From the NCBI RefSeq assembly GCF_009914755.1, contig NC_060934.1: a stretch of DNA of 64,000 nt; one strand, written 5' to 3'. Positions within the stretch are counted from its first letter, which is position 1. The number at the start of each line of letters is the position of its first letter. The DNA is from the human T2T-CHM13v2.0 reference genome, Homo sapiens. A program made the translations under genes and the position numbers. A model generated the notes under the pieces. That model was given only the letters and a program-made list of their open reading frames with translations, did not search any database and was not told where the DNA came from. Below, piece after piece: positions 53,335 through 64,000 of the stretch.

Positions 53335-56300
53335 GGAGGGGGCTTCAAGGTGGCTGACTAGAGGCACCCAACGCTATCCTGCTCAACAACAACAAGAAAA
53401 CCCGAAATAGCTCATATATAATCACACTTTAAACAGAGCATCTAAGAGAGAACACTGGAATTCTGTAGAGAAGTGACAGGAAACACCTGAGGCGCAGGAA
53501 GAGAAGGAAACGAGGCGGCAGCCAGCCTGGCCAGGATTGGCTGGGAGTCTGGAGAGGCTCCCCAGTGTGGGGAAAGGATAAGTAAAATATCCCCCACTGT
53601 CTACATTCCCACCATGGACTCCTGCAATCCTAACCACAGGAAAGTCCCTTGACCCTAGCAGGCTCTGAGTCTTCTGTAGGAAGCTTCCACCAGTCCGTGC
53701 GATAGCATTACTCCAGAGAAAGAGCTCAAACTGGGTACCGCACACCCCTTAAGATCCAAGAAGCTGAAGTATGGTGCCATTTTGAGGGCCCAGTTCCTCA
53801 CCAGACTGCATTCTGCCTTGGGACCCAACCGCCCCTACATCTCCACATCCCTGGACCCCCACTGACATCCCTCTGTGTCTATGCAAAGGGCTTCAGTGAC
53901 ACATTGCAGGTTGCCCCCAGCTAAGCAGCAAGGTCCTCAGCACTCTAGTACACACAATATCTCACACACCTGGGAGTGAGCAGTGCAGCACACCATGTAG
54001 TCTGCTGCTGGGACAAAGGATCCAAAGCGTGCACTCCCTGGAGCCTGAGAACTGCCTACCTGGGGCTGCTGCCACTGATGGCAATGCACTCTCAGTCAGC
54101 AGCATGGCCCCCAGATGTGTGCACATTCCCTGAGAACAGGCTCAGTTGTTGCTGCCACCCAACCATGCTGCCTGGGGGCCTGGGGTTCAGGATCACCTGC
54201 CATGCCCACCACAGCCTGTGCCCAAGCACACCACCACACGGCCTGAGTACAGGTCTGCCTACCCTGAACATGCCACCCAGGGGCCTGGGGATCACCTTAT
54301 CCATCTGTTGCCCTGGTAGTGCATGCATACCACCAGGGGACCCAACAATAGTCCCAAAACACCTGATGCCAGTGCCCAAGCACACTGTCCGGAGGCCTGG
54401 GGATTGCCCCACCCTGTCTACCACCTCTGACAACGGTGCACTCCTCTCAACAGCCTGAGGACAGACCCACACAGCCTTCTGCCATGACCACTGCCAACAT
54501 TCACCTGCATGCAACCCCTGAGAGCCAGAGGACTGGTTTGTTCAGCCCAACACAGCCACGACTGCAACCAGTACTTGCTGGCTGGGAGCCCAAGGGTTGT
54601 CCCACCATCACTACTGCCCACATAATGTATGCTGCCCAGGGGCCCAAGGATCTATCCACCCTCCCCACCTACCACTGCCACTGCCAGCACCTGAACAAGA
54701 TGTCTGGAAGGCTAAGAATTTGCCTGCCGCAGCCTGCAAACACCAGTGCTTGTATATGTGCCCTGAGAGTCCAAGGACAGGTATGCTCAGCTCACTGCTG
54801 CCAGCACTGCAGCCTAAGGAATGGTTCTCCTGGTGTCTTTGTCCCAGAAAAGCCTCACTACAGCTTCCACTAACAACAACAGCCCAAACCAGTGAGGAAA
54901 GATACCACTGATGCTTTTTAAAGCTAATTCCAAAAAAATTACAGAGAAGGAATTCTCCCTAACTCTGTGAGGCCATCACAACCCTGATATCGCAACCAGA
55001 AAAGGACACAACTAAAAAAGGAAGTTCTACCCCTGATGAACGTAGATGCAAAAATTCTCAACAAAATAAAAGTAAACTGAATCCAACAGCGTATTATAAA
55101 AGATAATACACCATGATCAAGTGGGATTTATTCTAGGGCTGCAAGGACGTCTCAACATATACAAATCAATAAACATGAACTATCACATCAACTTAATGAA
55201 GGACAAAAGCATATGATTTTTTTAGTCAATGCAGAATAAGCATTCAGTAAAATTTATCATCCCTTCATGACAAAAATCCTCAATAAACTAGGCATGCAAG
55301 GAACATACCTCAATATAATGAAGGTCATATATTACAAACCAACCAACATCATACTGAATGGGAAAAAGCAGAAAGCCTTTCTTCTAATAATTGGAACAAG
55401 ACAATGAGACCCATTTTACCACCCCTATTAAACATAGTACTAGAAGTTCTAGCCATAGCAGTCAGGCAGGAGAAATAACTAAAAGAAATCCAAACTGGAA
55501 AAAAAGAAGTCAAATTGTCTTTGTTTGGGAATAACATATTTTTACATTTAGAAAAACATAAAGACTCCATCGAAAAAACTCTTTGCTCTGATAACTTCAG
55601 TAAATTTGCAGGATACAAAATCAACATAGAAACATCAGTAGCATTTCTGTACACCAATAATAAACTAAAAAAAATAAATAAATAAGGCATTCCCATTTAT
55701 AACAGCTATAAAAAATATTAACTACCTAGGAATAAATTTAACAAAGGAGGTGAAAGATCTGTACAAGGAAAACCATGAAACACTGGTGAAAGACATTGAA
55801 GGGGACACAAATGAAAGACATAGCATATTCATGGATTGTAAGAATATTGTCAAAATGACCATACTATCTAAAGCAATCTACAGATTCAATGCAATCCCTA
55901 TCAAAAGGCCAATGAAAATTTTCACAGTAATAGAAAAAAATATTAAAATTTGTATGGAACCCACAAATAGTTTAAATAATGAAAGCATTCCTGACCAAAA
56001 AGAACAAAGCTGGAGGTATAGTACCTAACCACAAAATATAATACAAGCTTACAGTAATCAAAACAGCATGGTATTGGTAGAAAAACAGACACATAGACCA
56101 ATGTAATAGCATAGATAAGCCAGAAATAAATCCACACAATTTACAGCCAACTGATTTTCAACAAGGTTCCCAGAACATACACTGGGGAAAGGACACCTTC
56201 TTCATTAAATGGTGCTGAAAAAACTGGATATTCATATGCTGAAGAATGAAACTTAACCCCTATCTGTCGCCACATACAAAACTCAACCCAAAATGAATTA

Positions 56301-57594
56301 GACTTAAATATAAGACTCAAAAGTATAAAATTACTAGAAGAAAATATAGAAGAAACACTCCAAGATGTTGGTTTAGGCAAAGATTTTATGGCTAAAACCT
56401 CAAAAACAAGGGCAAAAAAAATAAAAATAGACAATTAAGAGCACAGTAACTAAAGAGCTTTTGCAAAGCAAAGGAAGCAATCAACAGAGTGAAGAGACAA
56501 CCTGTAGGATGGGAGAAAATATTTGCAAACTATTGATCTGACAAGGGACTAATGTACAGAACATGCAAGAAACTCAAACAACTCAACAGTGAAATAATAA
56601 TAATAATTAATAATTCCATTAAAAAGGGGGCAAAGGGCATGAGCAGATATTTCTCAAAAGATGACATACAAATGGCCAACACATATATGAAAAAATGCTC
56701 AACACCACTAAACATCAGAGTAATGAAATAAAAACCACAAAGAGAAAACCTCTTCACTCAGTTAAAACAGCTGTTGTCGCAAAGACAAAAATAACAGATG
56801 CTGGTGAGAACGTAGAGAGAAGGTGACTTATACATTATTGCTTTGAATGTAAATTAGTACAGCCATTATGGAAAACAGTATGGAAATTTTTCAAAGAACT
56901 AAAAATAGAACTACCATACAACATAGCAATCTCATTACTAAGTATTTACACAAAAGAAAGAAAATCAGTATTTCCAAGAGATATCTGCACACCTATGTTT
57001 CTTGCAGCACTGTTCACAACTGCAAAGATATGAGATCTAAGTATCCATCAATGGATGAATGGATAAGGCAAATGTGGTATGTATACACAATGGAATACTA
57101 TTTAGTCATAAAATAGAAGAAAATCCTGTCATTGCAGCAACATGGATGGACCTAGAGTTCATTATGTTAAGTGAGATAAGCCAAAGTGCAGAAAGACAAA
57201 TATCACATGTTCTCACTCATATGTGGGAGCTAAAAAGGTTGACCTGATGGCAATAGAAGGTAGTATGATAGTTACCAGAGTCTGGGAAGGGGGTGTAAGT
57301 TGGGGGTGGGGGTGGAGACAGTTTGGTTAATGGGTACACACATACAGTTTGTTAGAAGAAATAAGCTTTAATGTTCAATAGCAGAGTAGGGTGCCTAGAG
57401 TTAACAACAATGTATATGTATATCTCAAAATAACTAGAAGAGAGGATTTGAAATATTCCTAAAATATGAAAATGATAAATGCTTCAGGTGATGCATATTC
57501 TCAATACCCTGACTTGATCATTACAAAATCTATGTATGTAACAAAATATCACATGTACCCTATAAATATATACAAACATTGTGTATCAATAAAA
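53335..57594 (+). mobile_element. L1MA (L1M1-type 5' end) retaining both ends, ORF1 and EN deleted
   Basis: 5' start 'ggcttcaaggtggctgactagaggca', GC-rich repetitive 5' UTR to ~54920, then RT-region ORF2 remnants (ORFs 55750, 56868), 3' UTR and 'tatcaataaaaa'. Confidence 0.9.
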
Positions 57595-57696
57595 ATCAAA
57601 AGGACATGATTACAAGAGGGAATGGAAAATTCCCTCATTATCAAAAATTATCATGTCATTATCAAAAGGACATGATTACAAGAGGGAATGGAAAAT
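57595..57696. repeat. Perfect 36-bp direct repeat with a 30-bp patchwork spacer
   Basis: atcaaaaggacatgattacaagagggaatggaaaat at 57595-57630 and 57661-57696. Confidence 0.95.
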
Positions 57697-60600
57697 ATTA
57701 ACTAACGAAAAACAGATCTATAAATGCAAAGGTTATACCCGAAGTTATTGAACAAGCTGTTACCATGGAAGAGGGACAAGTAAAATAGCTGGAATTCCTT
57801 CCCATGTTTATTTAGGTAGATATATTTATCTGTTGTGCAAGAGGCCTTGTAGATGAACAAATCAAATAGTTTGTCTAAAGAACAGGTAAATTGCAAAGGT
57901 CTTCTGTCTTCATTTGCCCTTGCAAGTGTGTGACTCTTGGTGTATTATGAGTAATCTGGCAACTTGCTCATGCATTCCTTAATCTGCTCCTTTCTCTCTG
58001 ACTTCGAGCATTTGTTTCAGATCTTTGAGCATCTACTTCTCATTACAAAATAATAGGTTAGACTAAGGTGATCATTAAGATTTTTCTGCCAGTGTTTCTT
58101 AAAATGGTGAGATTGTTGAATCATCTCCATTATTTTTGCTATTGCTGCATATGCCATGTACTATATTTGCCTACTATTTGTATCTCTAAGCCAGCTCAAT
58201 TTAAAGAGACCTAAAATACTACCTGAACTTCAGTGTAAATAATATCTATGAAAATATGAATTGGATGTGCTTGTTTAAATTTATAACACATACATTGAAA
58301 TAAATAAAATTTTCTTATATTTCCCCAAATTATGTCATATATTACATTAATCTGCCTCAAAGTAATTAAAAATGAAAACAACTAAATTCTATAGTAAAAA
58401 AATTCTAATTTTATACAGGATTTTTGATGTTTTCCAAAGTGTTTTAAAAGTAAAAATGCAAGTGTTTTTATTGTAATGCAGAGAGGGAGAAGAAATATCT
58501 GATTTAATAGTAAGTTACTTTCTTCCAGTAGCCCAACAAATCAATGCAGCCATAGATATTGATTCCTTATATAAAGGTTAGAATCTCTGACCTTTAAGGG
58601 ATACAACTGGAGAATAGTGAACGAGAGGAACTTGACCTATCCTATCCGCTGCTCTTCATTAAACAGACTTGAAAGAATTACCAACTTTCAGCTCTAGATT
58701 AAAACAACAATGACACATAATGTCTCACATTGCAGTTTTATTTTAAAGGAGGCAGAAGATAAAAGAAAAGGAATACATACTCTAACTACAAGGGAGGTAA
58801 AATGAAACTGTTTCCTCAACCATGGCTTTAGCAAAGCTTGTGAGGTGCTATAATAAATCCGTTATCTGGAAGGATCCACCTAAAATAACTGAGTAACAAG
58901 AACATTTACTATGATATTTGAAGCTACTTATGGTTACTTCAGGATCAAAACCAAATATTATCTACTGCACATACATATTCCAATTTTCATAAATCTATTA
59001 TTCTCTGACATTGCCATAGTAATTTCTGGACCCATAGTTACCCCTACACACAACAAGAGGAAAATCATATCATGTCGGACCCGAATGCTGAGTGGCTGCT
59101 TCTTCAGGAGCAGTAGAGATTATGCTCAGCGTGGGCTGGAGAGCTGTATTTCATGAGGTGAGATTAATTGAACTTTCCCTCTTTGTAATTAATTCACACC
59201 TTTTCAGAAAGAAAATACATAGAAAGTACATAGAGTGAGGAGATGTAAAATAGAGCTATTGGAGACAATATTTTTAAACTGAAAAACACAAATCATGGTT
59301 TGAACATGACAACCTGGCATGTCGAGTTTAATCTTCCTTTTGGGGGGCTACATATGATCGTTAGAAATTTCCGACTGATTTTAATAAAGGTGGTGAACGT
59401 CTAAAACCCATATCCAAAGATAACTTACATTGAATGTATAGCTCAGTTTGCTATATCAAAGCAAGATATCTATCCACTTATTACAGCCTTGCAATAGGTA
59501 AAATTTTTTTGGAAAAGAGAATAGCATTAAACAATAATATCCAGGAAGGAAAAAACAGAAGGATAATATGGAACTCTCCTACCTTGTATCAAACACCTGT
59601 TTTAAAGGTAGCTATGTGATGGTCACATTTTTAGAGCAGGGCCTCTAGCCCTTCTAAAAAGCAAGCAATATTTTGCAGATCATGAATTTTTAAATAATTA
59701 TTTAATGAATAGGTATGGAAGGATGTCTAAACATTGGGGAGTTTACAACTGGTCAGAGACAGGACTGTTATTTAGGAACATAGTGATAATGATCCCAGTG
59801 TTTAGTTCCGGATGAAATGTCACAGGTAATTTAATCCACATAGCTTCCTTTAAAGATGAAGGAATGGAAGCCTATAGGGATTTGGTGAATTGCCAGAGGT
59901 CTCACAACTGAAATGTGAGGACTTTACACCAAACTTTCTGACAAAAGATGTGCATTTCAGAGTTCACTGCTCTTGCTGCACTTTGATTTCATCTGGATTA
60001 TAGAACTAGAAATCACAATGTAAGAAACCAACATGCTCATGACCGTAACTGGAAGGGCATGGTGCTTTTTTACTGCTTGACTGAACACTGAGGGAAAAAC
60101 TATGATTAACTTCCCTAGAATATGCTTGGGAAAGGATAGTCACTTTCACCTGTTAGTAGAAAGAACAGCTGTTAAGTACTTTGGTTGTGACTAGTCTGGC
60201 CATCACTCATAGTATAAATAGGGCACAGGAGGCTGGTGTGTTTATTGGTTACTGAGAGCAGAGCGAAAGAACATTCCCAATAGTTGAGTATCTTTCTTCC
60301 TTTTCAGGTACAGAATTAGCTTTGTTCTTCTGTTAATTTTTCAGACGAACTTTTAAGATCTGGTTTCTGGGTGATTGAGAAAGATGACCTAGAGCACCAA
60401 AGTAGAAATGCATGGTGCAACCCTTTTTTAAACACTCTGCATGTACATTCTGCAGTGTGTTTTGATTACATGTTCAAGAATTTCTAGCCGGATAGAATAG
60501 GAAAACTTCAGAATAAGGAAGTTTTGATATAGTAAAGCATGATACAGTCTTGTGTTACCAACCCTTTTTCATTATAAAGAAAGTTCTGCTGAAGAAAACT

Positions 60601-61074
60601 TTCTAAAAGTGTGTGTTCCTTTTGGTCTCTAATATTCATCTATAAACATGTCTGCATACGTTGTTTGAAGATTTCTTTTTCTATCTTAGCAGTGCAAACC
60701 ACACCTTTCATTACTTTCTTTTCCACATAAAAGTTCACTTATGGTGATTACTCGAAAAGAATAAAAAGAGACTGTAGATAAATCTCACATTATATGTGGC
60801 TTGAAGCCTGCATTCCAGCATCAACACCTGATGTGACAAATACATTTTGGAAGAATGAAGCTATCAGCAAAATGCCCTGGAGGAAAATAAAACTCTGGGA
60901 GATAGGATAGTGTATATATGAGATGATGGATCTGTGACCTGCAAAGCAGACTCTATAAATTTTGGCCATCAATACCACAGTAGGAACAGTTCTCCTTCCC
61001 TAATGAGCTTGGTGCCCTCTTCTTCCATGATAAACACCAAGTTTGTTCCTAGTATTTTTGTTTTGCTTTCTGTT

Positions 61075-61330
61075 TTCCTGTTTGTGTGGGTGTGTTATAA
61101 ACTACTGTAAAATTTCTTACATATGTTTCCAGGAGTACATTCATGCCAATACTTTCCTGTGCATATATGCCCAATGGTATAACTACTGAATTTTTGGGTA
61201 TGTGCACCCTCAACTTTAGTAGATAATGTCAAATTGTTTTCCTACGATGTTGAGAAATTTTACACACCTACCAGCAATGCAGAAGAATTTCCATTGTTCT
61301 TTATCTTTGCCAGCACTTGAATTCTTCTAT
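61075..61330 (-). mobile_element. Old L1ME-type fragment (continues at 62440-62595 and 63136-63470)
   Basis: 'aatttttgggtatgtgcaccctcaactttagtagataatgtcaaattgttttcc...ttacacacctaccagcaatg'. Confidence 0.7.
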
Positions 61331-61342
61331 TTTTACAAATGA

Positions 61343-61868
61343 TTTTTATTTTTTCAGGTTTATTGAGGCAAAATTGACAAGTAAATATTATAAATAATTT
61401 CAGTGTACAATATGATGTTGTTATATGTGTATATATTGTGAAATTATTACACTTTGATTATCAAGCTTTAATAAATTTATCACCTTATGTATTTACCTTT
61501 TAAAATGGTGAGAATAAGATCTATGCTTTTATCAAATTCCAAGTATATAATACAATATTTTTAACTTGAGTCACTAGGCTACACACTAGATCTCTAGATT
61601 ATTCATTCTGCCCAACTGAAACTTTGTGTCCTTCGACCAACATCTCTTCATTTCTTCTGCATCGCAGCCCCTCGCAATTACCCTTCTACTCTCTGCTTCT
61701 ATGAGTTTGACTTTTTTAGATTCCACGTGCAAGTGAGATAATGTAGTATTTGTCTTTCTGTGCCTAGCTTATTTCACTCAGCATAATGTTTTACAGATTC
61801 ATTCATATTGTTGAAAATGTGCAAATGACAAGATCTTCTTTTTCAAGGCTAATAATGTCCCATTGCGT

Positions 61869-61900
<32 letters not shown>

Positions 61901-62435
61901 CTCATTGTCTTTATCCATTCATCTGTTGACAGACACTTAGGTGATTCCACATCTTGGCTGTCATGAAAAATGCTGCAATGAACATGGGAATGCAGATATC
62001 TCTTTGACATACTGATTTCATTTTCTTCGGATAAATACCAGGAACGAATTTCTGGATCATATGGTAGTTCTATTTTTAACTTTTTGAGGAACCTCCATAC
62101 TGTTTTTTGTAATGTCTCCATCAATTTACATTCCCACCAACAGTGTACAGAACTTCATTTTCCTCTACATTCTTGCCAACACTTGTTATCTTTTGACTGG
62201 CCTGGATTCTGGGGTTGTGGGTACTGGCATTGGTGCTGAAGTGAACTTGGAGCCTGGGTCCGCCTGCATGGGCCTCAATCCTGGAGCTGCAGGAGCTGGC
62301 CTGGTGCTGACAACAGCCTAGAGCCTGAGTCCTCAGGGACCACCCTAGAGCCTGGGGCTACTGGGGCAGCCTGTTGCTGGGGTTCGCTGGGTCAGGCCTG
62401 CTGCTGAGGTCTGCAGCAAAGTCTGGTAGCGCTTA
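61343..62435 (-). mobile_element. L1MA-type element with 5' UTR fused directly to the ORF2 end and 3' UTR
   Basis: Antisense 3' UTR and ORF2 C-terminus 61343-62196 (ORF 61849-62124), then GC-rich repetitive L1M 5' UTR-like sequence 62197-62435. Confidence 0.75.
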
Positions 62436-62596
62436 ATGTTTGACTTTTCATATTTCAGCAAACTGATAGATGCAAATTGCTATTTTCATTTTTGACTATT
62501 TTTTTCTAATTGCCAATGGGCTTGAACAATTTGTCTTGTATTTACTCAGTTTACTCCTCACTTGTGTTGTTATTTTCTAAAATCCCTGTTCATGTA

Positions 62597-63134
62597 TGCA
62601 GCCGAATGATTCTTGCTTCATCTTTTCATCTCCCTGTAATAGTGTTACATGGCCACATCCTGGTTGCAGCCTCTTCAACAAGGATGTGGCTATATAGTAC
62701 TATTGCAGGGGAGTGAAATAGTGGCTACTATTGATCACTTCCCAGCTTCCTACTCTTGTTTTTACTTTCTAAAATTCCTGTCCATGTCTTTACTTTCTAC
62801 AAAGTGAACAGAAAGAATCTTTACTCTGGACTTGGTTACATAACTTGTTTTGGCCAACGTGATGTGAATGAAAGTGATGTGAATGGTAACTCAAAATGCT
62901 CTTGGGTATTAGGGCTGGCCTCTTGAGCATTGGGCTATGCCATGGGAGGGGGAGCTACAAATGGCCACTATTTATCACTTTCCACCTTGGGCGCTGGAAT
63001 GAGAGACATGGTCAGAGTTGCCCCAGTGCACCCACAGACACATGAGTGATAAATAAATGCTTATTCTTGTATGCCACAGAATGTTTAAGATTGCTTGTTG
63101 TACAGCACTGTTGTGGCAATGACTGGCTGATACA
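62597..63134 (+). mobile_element. MLT1H/I/J-type LTR
   Basis: 'ggacttggttacataacttgttttggccaac...aaataaatgcttattc...gcactgttgtggcaatgactggctgataca'. Confidence 0.75.
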
Positions 63135-63316
63135 TATTTGCTATTTTTCTATTGGATCAAAAGCCTTCCTCTTACAAATTTGGAGATCTTTATTCTAAGT
63201 TACAATTCTTTGTGCTTTCATTTCCTTCTTTTCACACAATTTATTATTTCTTTTGATGTGCAGAAACTCTTAATTTTAATTTGTTATAATTTATTGATCT
63301 TTCCTCTTTTGGTTAG

Positions 63317-63345
63317 GTGTGTGTGTGCGTGTGTGTGTGTGTGTG
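63317..63345. repeat. (TG)n microsatellite
   Basis: Direct reading. Confidence 0.9.
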
Positions 63346-63473
63346 CCAATTCTTCCTTACTGCAGGTTTTTAGACACATTATCTCATCTTTTACTCTAAA
63401 TGTTTTATGGTTTTCCTTTTATGCTGAAGCTTGGTAATACCTTTTATGTATTGCTGTGAGGTAGGGACCCCGT

Positions 63474-63850
63474 TTTTCTTTCTTTCTTTTTTTTTTTTGA
63501 GACAGGTCCTCACGGTCACCCAGACTGGAGTGCAGTGGCATGATCACAGCTCACTACAGCCTCAAACTCCAGGGCTCAGGTGATCATCTTACCTCAGCCT
63601 CCTGAATAGCTAGAATTACAGGCATCTGCCACCACACCTGGCTACTTTTTTATTTTATTTTATTTTATTTTTTATTTTTTATTTATTTATTTTTTTGAGA
63701 CAGAGTCTCTCTCTGTTGCCCACCCGGCTAACTTTTGTATTTTTTGTAGAGACGGGGTTTTGCCATGTTACTCAGGTGGGCTCCAGTGATCCACCTGCAT
63801 CAGCCTCCAAAAGTGCTAGGATTGTAGGCATGAACCACCGTGACTGCCCT
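63474..63850 (-). mobile_element. AluJ with a nested, severely truncated Alu in its linker
   Basis: 'gatcacagctcactacagcctcaaactcc' is AluJ-type; an extra tail plus 'tgagacagagtctctctctgttgcc' sits at 63646-63720. Confidence 0.9.
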
Positions 63851-63964
63851 TCCTTTTTTCCTCTTTTCCTTTCCTCTCCTCTCCTTTCCCTTTCCCTTTT
63901 CCTTTCCTTTGCTTTCTTTTTTCCTCTTTTCCTACCTTTGTCTCTCTCTCTCTCTCTTTCTTTC
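63851..63964. repeat. CT-rich low-complexity polypyrimidine tract
   Basis: Direct reading. Confidence 0.9.
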
Positions 63965-64000
63965 ATAGAAAAGCAGTTGTTTCAGCATCATATATTGTAT

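Noticed and set aside
53422-54911. Overlapping 104-160 aa ORFs
   Set aside because: Stop-poor GC-rich L1 5' UTR with no recognisable domain
57283-57315. G-quadruplex-like tract
   Set aside because: Ordinary G-rich tract of the L1 3' UTR

Overview
Primate (Alu-containing, probably human) AT-rich non-coding genomic DNA, intergenic or deep intronic. I find no credible protein-coding exon, RNA gene or CRISPR array. The ORF track consists of short chance ORFs, Alu read-throughs and decayed L1/ERVL/hAT remnants. Roughly half the window is interspersed repeat. This includes several L1s (one 5'-inverted with a 16-bp TSD, three with large internal deletions), Alus with TSDs, and an ancient two-LTR ERVL (LTR16A/HERV16-like) provirus with nested insertions. 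It also includes MaLR LTRs (MST, THE1, MLT1), MLT2, MER57 and DNA-transposon fossils (Arthur1-like with TIRs and TSD, MER44A, MER5, MER58, MER63). Repeat family names come from my recall of consensus sequences, not a database search. The most unusual directly visible signal is a set of local templated insertions, fold-back palindromes and short dispersed duplications (579-911, 36497-36643, 47727-49762, 57595-57696, 62561-62988). Several repeat-poor, motif-dense blocks may be enhancers or lncRNA exons. I cannot support a claim of a new biological system in this window.
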